NCBI GenBank assembly: GCA_036848375.1 | Contig: DAIUKG010000024.1 | Span: 126 to 64,125, forward strand | Direction of reading: 5' to 3' | Length of the DNA stretch: 64,000 bases | Source of the DNA: Spirochaetota bacterium | Lineage (GTDB): Bacteria; Spirochaetota; UBA4802; UBA5550 | Shown: piece by piece, positions 54,819 through 63,002 of the stretch | Layout: the number at the start of each line of letters is the position of its first letter | Position numbering within the stretch: position 1 is the first letter of the stretch | The notes under the pieces: generated by a model | What the model was told of the DNA's origin: nothing | The model's input: the letters and a program-made list of their open reading frames with translations, nothing else | Database searches by the model: none | Translations under genes and position numbers: made by a program

Positions 54819-56762
54819 TTAAAGTATTGTAAAGTTTATGGATTTCTCCTGTTTGTCTCTCCCGACAATCACCCGGGTATATTTCCCTGACTCAATATCG
54901 ACTGACCGGGTCTCCTTTACTCCATCACCGTCGACTGAAAGAATATAGGTTCCGGGGGCAAGTATAATTCTCTGATATTTCCCGGACAGAGGCTTAAGAG
55001 TTTTTGCTACACTTCTATTGCCACCCTGGATATAGGATGTTGAATTATTAATCTTTATAACCATGGACTCACCCGCACTTTTAACTATCAATGTCCCGGG
55101 ATAAGGGACGATATCAGCATTGATAAAGACGCAGGATTGATGAGGCTCAACAGTGACCGATAGAATTTTTTTATAGTATTTATTCTTTTGAATTTTAATA
55201 TAAAAGGTCTTCCCGCTCGTTAAAAAAGCGGCTGAATCACGGATATCAGAAAAATCCTTCCAGCGGACCCATTGCCTTCTGAAATAAATATAGATGTCAG
55301 CCTCATCGGTCATATCCAGCCCGGTATGTGCATCATATATTGAATAATGAAACGTCACCGGTATTTCACCTGCCGGATTATGAGTGAAAACAACAATATC
55401 AACACCGTCATCACCACGTTTTTCTTTCTGAATATCTCGCGATAAAATATCGAGATCATTAATATAAAGGACATTGTCAACGTCAAGGAGCAGGCGATAC
55501 TGCGCTGTGTTAACATACGCTCTCTGCGTTTTATAAACCAGCGGACCTCCCACTTGCACGTCATCGCAGTGAAAGCCAAGTTTCACGTTTTCAGCGGGGA
55601 TGAATTTATTTCTCACTTTCTTTAATAGTTGTGCATTAATGTATCGGGGACGCAGTTCAGGCCTGTTTTCTTTGAAATGCACTTCTACCTGAAAAGCGCC
55701 ATACCGGTCACTCTGATACCACTCATGATAGTATCCGGTAACATAAAGATACCCGAGAAGGGATCCGCCAATTCCACCCAGGAACAATAGTGATGCTGCC
55801 GCCTGTTTTATCCTTCCTGTCGCTTTCGTGTGACCAGTTTTGGATGAGATTTTATTTTTTTTATCGATGATTTTATCTTCATCAATATAAGTACGCAATA
55901 TTTCTCTGGACGTCTTCCCGTAACGCTGCATTTTAAAACGCTTTTCCAGCAGTTTAATGATATCATCAAGATCGCGGTAGCGCCTTTTAATGTTATGATG
56001 CATTGTTTTTTTTATTATCTTCAGAAGTACCGGTGAAATCCTGGGGTTAATTTTTCTGGCCTTTATATATTTTCCTTTCTGGATCGCATTTATGGTTTCA
56101 GGAGTGATCGAACCGGGAAATGGCGATTTTCCGGTCACCATTTCATACAGGACCACCCCCAGGGAATAAATATCCGCCCTTTTATCAACACTGCTGCAGT
56201 CTGTAATCTGTTCGGGTGACATATATGCCGGAGTTCCCAGCGTCATTTCCCTGGTGAGGCATTGATCAGTTGAATCCTTTGACGTGGCAATGCCGAAGTC
56301 AGTCAGCTTAACCGCGCCTTCATGCGAGATTAAAACATTGTCAGGCTTGATATCACGGTGAATAACACCATTGTCATGGGCATACTTCAACGCCTGGCAT
56401 ATCTCATACAGAATGAGTCTGGCAATTTCACCGGGCAGATATCGTTTCTTGGCAATCAGCCGCGAAAGCGTGATACCATTGACGTATTCCATTGCAATAT
56501 AGTAAAACTGCCCTTCCTTGAAATGATCATAAACCTGAACAATGCGGTCATTATGAAAATCCATCATAAGCTTTGCTTCCCGCTTGAAGCGTTCAGTAAT
56601 ATTTCTACCGCTACCCAGAGCCAGGCGTTTGAGAATAATTTCCCGGTTCAGAGTGGGATGTTTAGCTTTAAAAATGTCTCCCATCCCACCGGAAGCAATT
56701 TTTTCAACAACAGTGTATTTACCAACTGATCGTTTCATCATGATTAAAACTCTCTTCTTCAC
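54819..56762 (-). CDS. Hanks-type Ser/Thr protein kinase with TM and exported C-terminal domain
   Basis: IASGGMGDIF, IILK, HRDIKPDN, DFG, GTPAYMSPEQ, DIYSLG; TM LLFLGGIGGSLLGYLY; GTG start overlaps the phosphatase stop (alternative ATG 56741). Confidence 0.93.
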   Translation of the reverse strand: MKKRVLIMMKRSVGKYTVVEKIASGGMGDIFKAKHPTLNREIILKRLALGSGRNITERFKREAKLMMDFHNDRIVQVYDHFKEGQFYYIAMEYVNGITLSRLIAKKRYLPGEIARLILYEICQALKYAHDNGVIHRDIKPDNVLISHEGAVKLTDFGIATSKDSTDQCLTREMTLGTPAYMSPEQITDCSSVDKRADIYSLGVVLYEMVTGKSPFPGSITPETINAIQKGKYIKARKINPRISPVLLKIIKKTMHHNIKRRYRDLDDIIKLLEKRFKMQRYGKTSREILRTYIDEDKIIDKKNKISSKTGHTKATGRIKQAAASLLFLGGIGGSLLGYLYVTGYYHEWYQSDRYGAFQVEVHFKENRPELRPRYINAQLLKKVRNKFIPAENVKLGFHCDDVQVGGPLVYKTQRAYVNTAQYRLLLDVDNVLYINDLDILSRDIQKEKRGDDGVDIVVFTHNPAGEIPVTFHYSIYDAHTGLDMTDEADIYIYFRRQWVRWKDFSDIRDSAAFLTSGKTFYIKIQKNKYYKKILSVTVEPHQSCVFINADIVPYPGTLIVKSAGESMVIKINNSTSYIQGGNRSVAKTLKPLSGKYQRIILAPGTYILSVDGDGVKETRSVDIESGKYTRVIVGRDKQEKSINFTIL

Positions 56763-57823
56763 GCCTCAAGCGACACTTCATCAATATCATATAAAAAAGG
56801 GGCCTCAGCGATTTCAATTAGATCCTCATCAGGATTAATGTCTTTTCCATTTTTAATGACAAGCATCAGGCACTTTTCCGGATTATGCATTTGAACATAT
56901 TTTCCTTTAGCTCGCAAGGAATATTTCCCTGACACAGCCCGGTGCCCTCCAAAGTATAAGCTCTTTTCCAAATTTTTTTCATCGATATATTCTTCAAGCA
57001 TGAGCATCACGCTCCCTTCCTCTGATTGGCCGTCCGCTGTCCACGTCAGACCTTCAATAACCTCTGGATCATAGCGGTAATTGATAACGCGCTCTCTATC
57101 AAAAAAATTAGCAGGTTCTGCATGTGAAGCAAGGAAATCTTTTCCTGCGGCAACGAGCGGAAGATTTTTCTCGAATTTATAATAATCTTCTTCAAAGTCA
57201 ATGCCATAAAATTTTTTAACATAAAATGCGACCATCTGCCCCTCAAAAGCATATTTCATGAAAGCATGGTTTCCGTCACCTGACTCATTCCTTATGTTCT
57301 CATGGTTCCCTTTCAAAAAATGAAAATTATCGGGGCAGGCCCGTTTTAATTCCATCACTGCCTCCATGACTCCGAAACTTTCTCTCATTTCTTCATCCAT
57401 GAAATCATGATTTTTATAACCCTTTAAAAACTCCCGGTATGCCTGCTCCCACCGCCGTGAAGCCCGGCCTTCTCCGTGCATACCATCGCCGAGACAAATA
57501 ATCTGCACCCTCCCGTCAACAAGGTTGCGCAGATTGCTTGAACCATTCTCGGATTGATAGAACAATATCGTGAGAAAATCAAAAAGGCGGCCATGAAGAT
57601 CGGGGATGATTATCGAATCAATATCATGCCGCAGAAGCACCAGCCCGCCCGGCAGGTTGTTCCGGTCACGGGGCCTTATTGCAGAATTCTCGTTAGCCAG
57701 AACTTCACAGACGCCCCGGACCCTTACTTCAATAGTGAAAGGGTCAGGGGGGGCGTCTCTGGAGTAAATCTCCAGCAGGCTGTCTTTAACTTCTGTGAAG
57801 AGTTTATCTGTCTGTTTCATCAT
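56759..57823 (-). CDS. Calcineurin-like metallophosphoesterase, putative protein phosphatase
   Basis: Start approximate (57820-57832), directly after the upstream stop; PDLHG, LGDGMH, KGNHE, SHAEP, GGHR. Confidence 0.82.
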   Translation of the reverse strand: MMKQTDKLFTEVKDSLLEIYSRDAPPDPFTIEVRVRGVCEVLANENSAIRPRDRNNLPGGLVLLRHDIDSIIIPDLHGRLFDFLTILFYQSENGSSNLRNLVDGRVQIICLGDGMHGEGRASRRWEQAYREFLKGYKNHDFMDEEMRESFGVMEAVMELKRACPDNFHFLKGNHENIRNESGDGNHAFMKYAFEGQMVAFYVKKFYGIDFEEDYYKFEKNLPLVAAGKDFLASHAEPANFFDRERVINYRYDPEVIEGLTWTADGQSEEGSVMLMLEEYIDEKNLEKSLYFGGHRAVSGKYSLRAKGKYVQMHNPEKCLMLVIKNGKDINPDEDLIEIAEAPFLYDIDEVSLEA

Positions 57824-57833
57824 ACCTAACATG

Positions 57834-58367
57834 CTAAGCATTGCTGATGCATGTTTTGTTGATATCAATAAAATCTTTTGTGAGGGCCAGGGTCGCTCTT
57901 GTAAGCACCTTTTCCTGGTCATCGGCTTCAAGGGAATCATTATAAACCGCGATTTTATAAACCGCTGACGTCTTCCTGACCGGGCCTTTTTCGAACTGAA
58001 CCTCCTCATCAATAAGCACATCGCTTGAAAGAGACGAGGCATCTTCCTCTGCTGCGTCAGGGACATCCTTTCGCAGGCCAATACTTGTATAACTTGTCTT
58101 TCTTTTTTCACCAACAACCGGTCCGATATTGACCAGGGACCCGGAATAAGTCATGACAAGCGCTCCCCGATTGTCGTCTTTTTCAAGATAATCGACTTCA
58201 TCCATGCCTGCGGAATCGATTTCCTTTTCAAACGCATTCTTCTTTTCAATCCAGGCTTCGGCCATTCTTTCAAGCGATTCGTCTGAATTATCAAGGCCCG
58301 ATATCTTCACTATGTCACGCAAATGTTCCTGAACCGTTTCCGGTATCTGATTTAAGTATTCTCCCAT
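57834..58367 (-). CDS. Hypothetical protein, stand-alone domain X (TYSGSL family)
   Basis: Start moved to ATG 58367 (AGGAGG RBS); 177 aa; collinear similarity to the N-terminal part of 58607-59473. Confidence 0.78.
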   Translation of the reverse strand: MGEYLNQIPETVQEHLRDIVKISGLDNSDESLERMAEAWIEKKNAFEKEIDSAGMDEVDYLEKDDNRGALVMTYSGSLVNIGPVVGEKRKTSYTSIGLRKDVPDAAEEDASSLSSDVLIDEEVQFEKGPVRKTSAVYKIAVYNDSLEADDQEKVLTRATLALTKDFIDINKTCISNA

Positions 58368-58606
58368 CTTCCCCTCCTGTAATAAAATCATATATGAGTA
58401 ATAAAAAAATTCCCGATCGTCAAATTTTCCGGCACTTTTTTTTAAGTTATATGCTTTCTTTTGTAATTTTTTTGCCTTCAGGGTTTTTCTTTCCATATTA
58501 AACACGAAAAGGCAATAAAATGAATATTTTTTCGGTTTAAGTTTGTCATTCCTGTCTTTTTATTGTATCTATATACGATTGCAACAAAAACCTTGAGGAG
58601 GTTCCT

Positions 58607-59473
58607 ATGGATTCTTTGCACATCTCTCTTCCTGAACAAATTCAGGAACATTTAAAAACCCTGATACCGGAATCCCCGGCCGCTGACAGAGAAAAATTCC
58701 TGGAAGAACTGAAAAAAAACTGGAACTCCAAACACGAGCTTTTTAATGCGCAGATAAAATCCCTGGACATGATTTACGCCGATAATTTCGAAAGTGAAGA
58801 CCCTTCCGCCGCTTTAATGCTCACCTATTCCGGTTCCCTTATTGGCTTCAGCACCGTAAAAAAATCTCATCGTCGCATTGAATATTACAGCATTAAACTC
58901 AGGGCGGATGTCCCTGAAGCAATGAAAATCGAAGAAACACAAATTAAAGGCCAAGCGGCTGTGGGCAAAGTGCTTGAGTTAAATAGTGGCGCTCTTCAGA
59001 AAACATCCGCCCTTTTTAAAATTGCCCGATTCAAAGAAGGGGTTTCTGAAGATGAACAGAATATTCGTGTTGAAGAAGCGATAATTTTTCTCACCGATGG
59101 CTTTGTAAAAATCAATCAAGAGTTGAATCTTAATAGCTCGCCTGAACCGGGTCAGTTTACTATAAAATCAATCATTACTCAAATCGCCCATAAAAATGAT
59201 TTATCCCGGAAACAGATAAAAACAATTCTTGATGATTACTGGAACATTATCGAGAAAGGAATTCTTATGGGAGAAAAAATACCGCTCGGGAAAATCGGAA
59301 AAGCCTATCTTAAAATGCGGCATTCCCGGAAAGCGAGAATTGGAAAAAACTTAATTACCGGAGATGATGTTACCATCCGCGCAAAACCGGAAATGGCAGT
59401 TCCCAAAATGTCATTCAGCTCCTACATCAAAAACAAAGCCCAGGGGATTTCGATAGACCACGATCTGGATTAA
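58607..59473 (+). CDS. Domain X fused to a C-terminal HU/IHF-like DNA-binding domain
   Basis: GAGGAGG RBS; aa 184 onward TIKSIITQIAHKNDLSRKQIKTILD..IPLGKIG..RKARIGKNLITGDDVTIRAK..PKMSFS matches the HU fold. Confidence 0.8.
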   Translation: MDSLHISLPEQIQEHLKTLIPESPAADREKFLEELKKNWNSKHELFNAQIKSLDMIYADNFESEDPSAALMLTYSGSLIGFSTVKKSHRRIEYYSIKLRADVPEAMKIEETQIKGQAAVGKVLELNSGALQKTSALFKIARFKEGVSEDEQNIRVEEAIIFLTDGFVKINQELNLNSSPEPGQFTIKSIITQIAHKNDLSRKQIKTILDDYWNIIEKGILMGEKIPLGKIGKAYLKMRHSRKARIGKNLITGDDVTIRAKPEMAVPKMSFSSYIKNKAQGISIDHDLD

Positions 59474-59625
59474 GGATTAAAAATACAGATTCTTTATATT
59501 GCAATTGCTATTTTTTTATTGATTTTCTGTACATTTGATGGATGAGTGACACATCATTCTATTTCCAGAAAAAAATAAATGAATACTCTTAATCACCGTT
59601 TTTTTCAGGAAATGATTATTTTTTG

Positions 59626-59655
59626 TTGAAAATTATTGATAATTTTCAATACTAT
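59626..59655 (+). promoter_or_regulatory. Perfect 11-2-11 palindromic operator overlapping a putative sigma70 promoter of the XRE gene
   Basis: TTGAAAATTAT-TG-ATAATTTTCAA (59626-59649); TTGAAA-N18-TACTAT. Confidence 0.55.
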
Positions 59656-59703
59656 AGTTAAATTACTAAAGGTTAACACTATTAAAGACAACATAGAGGT
59701 AAT

Positions 59704-60138
59704 ATGAGTGCTAATATTGAGACAAGACAAAGTAAATACACAGAAAGGTACAAAGATCATCAGGTTCTAGCAGAGGATATTCTGAATGATGCACAGGAAG
59801 CTGATTTTTTTAAACAAATCAGACTTCGCCTTAAAGAAGTGAGAAAAGAACTTAAAATGACGCAAAGAGAGTTCGGGGAGTCTTCAGGAATTGACAGGCG
59901 ATATGTTGCTAAAGTTGAATGCGGTTCACAGAATCCTTCGTTTAAATTTTTACGAAGCATTTCCATTAAACACAAGATATCACTTGACTGGCTTCTGTAT
60001 GGCGTAGGTGACAAATACGTTGCTGCAGAGGAACAGAGTTATGGAAGTGAACTTGCCGTTTTTAAAAAACTTCTTGATAACGCCTCTCAGGATGATATTG
60101 ATGTTGTCGTCAAAATGATAAAAAAGATTCTTGGCTGA
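59704..60138 (+). CDS. XRE/Cro-C1 family HTH transcriptional regulator
   Basis: RLKEVRKELKMTQREFGESSGIDRRYVAKVECG..PS..SLDWLLYG; AGAGG RBS. Confidence 0.9.
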   Translation: MSANIETRQSKYTERYKDHQVLAEDILNDAQEADFFKQIRLRLKEVRKELKMTQREFGESSGIDRRYVAKVECGSQNPSFKFLRSISIKHKISLDWLLYGVGDKYVAAEEQSYGSELAVFKKLLDNASQDDIDVVVKMIKKILG

Positions 60139-60180
60139 TATTCCAGGAATGCAATAAAACATTATTCATATGGGCATAAG

Positions 60181-60204
60181 GGGTACCGAAGGTACCCTTT
60201 TTTT
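60181..60204 (+). terminator. Rho-independent terminator between convergent genes
   Basis: GGGTACC-GAA-GGTACCC stem-loop followed by a T7 run, downstream of the XRE gene. Confidence 0.7.
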
Positions 60205-60559
60205 AGTGGTGGACGATATATACTATTTCAAGATTTGCATTCAGCTCATGCAAATCATTTAATGAATGAGCCTGCCATTGAATGTATTTTGATGCATAGA
60301 TAACAATTTTTCGATTATGCTCCGAATCTCTGAGTTTGACCAGAAAAAGTCCCAGTGAAGCGATACCTGAACTATTGATTATTTCCAGCCGGGTAAAATC
60401 TAAAATCAGAGGCTCAGCAGTGCTCATAGCATGATGCATGGTAAAATTAATTATTTCATCATAGCTTTCGATTGACTGAAGCCGAAGATTCCCTGAAAAC
60501 ACGATTTTATTATCATCTTTCTGGTACTCTACGCTATATGTTTCACCCTTAATTTTCAT
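60203..60559 (-). CDS. STAS-like protein resembling the slr1659 family
   Basis: Start moved to ATG 60559; MKIKGETYSV..FSGNLRL..LILDFTRLEIINSSGIASL..IQWQAHSL; STAS phospho-Ser region INSSG. Confidence 0.7.
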   Translation of the reverse strand: MKIKGETYSVEYQKDDNKIVFSGNLRLQSIESYDEIINFTMHHAMSTAEPLILDFTRLEIINSSGIASLGLFLVKLRDSEHNRKIVIYASKYIQWQAHSLNDLHELNANLEIVYIVHH

Positions 60560-60657
60560 AACCTGTCTGATATAATCAGTATACCTATTATGACATTTAT
60601 CGTACAATTATCTGCTTAGTAAATTTATAGCGGTTAACGATTAAATTAAAGCATTTT

Positions 60658-60746
60658 TTGTCATTCCTGCGCATGCAGGAATCTCATAGGATAGTCTTTT
60701 TGTATGAGATTCCGGTACTTCGCTAACGCTACGACCGGAATGACAA
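60658..60746. repeat. Palindromic cloverleaf (REP/RPE-like) element, copy 2
   Basis: TTGTC-[ATTCCTGC..GCAGGAAT]-[CTCATA..TATGAG]-[ATTCCGGT..ACCGGAAT]-GACAA. Confidence 0.8.
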
Positions 60747-60991
60747 TGTACTAATTGTTTCGTGATCTGCTATAGTATAATTAAAAAAATGTTATTCAAG
60801 GAAACAGGTATAGTTGGCTGAATCTCTTTTTCTTTCATCACATTGAGTATTATATTCTTTGTCAAGATTATATTATTTCATGACAGTTTTTTAATTCTCA
60901 ATTAAAATTTTTAATTGCCAATTACAGCTTAGTTTTTAAAGTACCTGTTTAAAAATAGATGATATTGTAAATCACGATAAAGGAGGGTCCC

Positions 60992-62170
60992 ATGCCAATT
61001 GCCCATGATATAGCACAATCAATTGAGAAATCATCCTGGATCCGCAAAATGTTTGAAGAGGGCACTAAACTCAAAGCTCTTTATGGTGCGGAGAATGTCT
61101 ATGACTTTACTTTAGGCAACCCCGATGTAGAACCTCCTGAACAATTTTTTGATGAATTAAAAAAACTATCCGACACCCCTCAGAAGGGTATTCACGGGTA
61201 TATGTCAAATGCGGGCTTCCCTGATGTCCGTAAATCAATAGCTGAAAAAGTATCACGTGAACAGAGCTGTATCGTTTCCATGGATGGCATTATCATGACC
61301 TGCGGTGCTGCCGGTGCAATGAACGTCGTTCTGAAAACGATCCTCGATCCCGGGGATCAGGTTATTGTTCCAAAACCCTATTTTGTTGAGTATGGATTTT
61401 ATGCCAAAAACCATGGAGGAGAAATGGTCCTGGTTGATACGAACGGGGACTTTTCACTCAATATAGAAAATATTGAAAAAGCGGTAACGGATAAAACACG
61501 GGCAATTATTATTAATTCGCCCAATAATCCTACCGGAGCAGTTTATTCTGAAGAAACAATTAAATCTCTGGCGGATTGTATCATAAAACATTCAAAAAAA
61601 AGAAGCATATATTTAATTTCTGATGAACCTTACCGGGATATAGTTTACAATAACAAAACTGTCCCTGGAATTTTTAATTATTGTCCACAATCAATAATTG
61701 CCACATCTTACTCAAAAAGCCTGTCAATCCCGGGAGAGCGTATCGGTTACTGCGCGGTCAATCCGGCATGCAAAAATTTTGATACATTGATGGCCGGGTT
61801 AATTCTGAGCAACAGGATTCTTGGTTATGTCAATGCGCCCGCGTTAATGCAAAGGGTGGTCGGTTCATTAAATGATGTTGTTGTTGATATAACTCCCTAT
61901 GAAAAAAGGAAAAACCTTTTTGTTAATGGACTTAAAGAAGCAGGATATTCTTTTACGGAGCCTGATGGGGCATTCTATATTTTCTGCAAAGCTCCTGGCG
62001 GTGATGATGTCGCGTTTGTAAAACACCTTCAGAAATACAATATACTTATTGTCCCTGGCGTAGGCTTCGGCGGACCGGGCTATTTCAGGATAGCTTTCTG
62101 CGTGTCAGAAGAAAGCATAAAAAAGGCCCTTCCAATTTTTAAAAAGGCCTTACAGGAATACAATCCCTAG
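60992..62170 (+). CDS. PLP-dependent aminotransferase class I/II (aspartate aminotransferase-like)
   Basis: FTLGNP, INSPNNPTG, SDEPY, SYSKSLSIPGERIGY (PLP Lys); AAGGAGG RBS. Confidence 0.93.
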   Translation: MPIAHDIAQSIEKSSWIRKMFEEGTKLKALYGAENVYDFTLGNPDVEPPEQFFDELKKLSDTPQKGIHGYMSNAGFPDVRKSIAEKVSREQSCIVSMDGIIMTCGAAGAMNVVLKTILDPGDQVIVPKPYFVEYGFYAKNHGGEMVLVDTNGDFSLNIENIEKAVTDKTRAIIINSPNNPTGAVYSEETIKSLADCIIKHSKKRSIYLISDEPYRDIVYNNKTVPGIFNYCPQSIIATSYSKSLSIPGERIGYCAVNPACKNFDTLMAGLILSNRILGYVNAPALMQRVVGSLNDVVVDITPYEKRKNLFVNGLKEAGYSFTEPDGAFYIFCKAPGGDDVAFVKHLQKYNILIVPGVGFGGPGYFRIAFCVSEESIKKALPIFKKALQEYNP

Positions 62171-62182
62171 AAACAGATCAAT

Positions 62183-62941
62183 CTACTGAATATCCTGCTG
62201 GTGAGTATTAATATTCAGCAAATTGTCCTGAATTACACTGTTGTCTGAAGAAAAACTTTTTGCTTTTTCGATATATTCTTTGGCTTTCTGGTAATTACCA
62301 AGAACTTCATAACTTCTTGCCAGATTATTCAGTATTTCTGGTGATTGAGGTCTTAACGCAATGGCAACTGAAAAAGCAGTATTAGCCTCGCTATACTTCT
62401 TTAAATTCATTAAAGTAATACCCAGGGCATTATACGAAATATAAAGTTCAGGATTCAAGGAATTTACTTTTTCAAATAAAGCTTTGGCCCTCCAGTAGTT
62501 TTTCCGTATTAAAGCAATTTTACCTAAAAGATAGTACAGCAATGGTTCGTTACTGACTTTCAATCCCCTTGACGCAATAGTTTCTGAATAGCCGTAATCT
62601 TTTATATCATACGCAAAAAACGACAAGTCTATGTATGGCTCAACAGCCTCCTTCTTTATCTGCATGCATTTCTGGAAATGGGCTATAACTGACTGCGTGT
62701 TCCCCAGCTTCCAGTGACAATGAGCGGCTAAATAGCGTAAATTATAATTGGGAGAATCAGGGGTCATGTCTTCGGCAGGGTTTAACTCTTCAGCCAGGAT
62801 CTTGAGTGATCCTGCATAATCCTTTTCCTGATACAACTTGAGAGCATCCTCATAAGAAGCCATCACAGGAGCATAAATAACAAGCGCCATTATCAGAGAT
62901 AACAGTCCTTTTATACATATGCCGGTCTTAGTGCTCTTCAT
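62183..62941 (-). CDS. TPR-repeat secreted protein
   Basis: Signal peptide; TPRs (YYLLGKIA, SYNALGITL, ILNNLARSY). Confidence 0.8.
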   Translation of the reverse strand: MKSTKTGICIKGLLSLIMALVIYAPVMASYEDALKLYQEKDYAGSLKILAEELNPAEDMTPDSPNYNLRYLAAHCHWKLGNTQSVIAHFQKCMQIKKEAVEPYIDLSFFAYDIKDYGYSETIASRGLKVSNEPLLYYLLGKIALIRKNYWRAKALFEKVNSLNPELYISYNALGITLMNLKKYSEANTAFSVAIALRPQSPEILNNLARSYEVLGNYQKAKEYIEKAKSFSSDNSVIQDNLLNINTHQQDIQ

Positions 62942-63002
62942 AATTGTGCTCCAGATTACGTTTAGTGTCTGCAGCAGGGGCTTCCCCCTGCTGCAGTGTT
63001 AT

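Noticed and set aside
52456-57823. Interpretation as a T6SS regulatory module (PpkA/PppA/Fha/vWA)
   Set aside because: No tss core, hcp, vgrG or clpV genes; the phosphatase is calcineurin-like rather than PP2C; the FHA domains are membrane-anchored and degenerate.
56759-58505. Long N-terminal extensions in the ORF track (452-aa phosphatase overlapping domain X; 223-aa domain X)
   Set aside because: An AGGAGG RBS at 58367 and alignment with the paralog define the shorter starts; the extensions are low-information overlaps.
58543-58554. TTGTCATTCCTG, matching the left end of the cloverleaf repeat
   Set aside because: No matching right arm (GGAAT/GACAA) or internal hairpins; chance match or unrecognisable remnant.
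59704-60138. XRE gene as a prophage or ICE repressor
   Set aside because: No integrase, divergent cro, phage structural genes or att-like repeats nearby.
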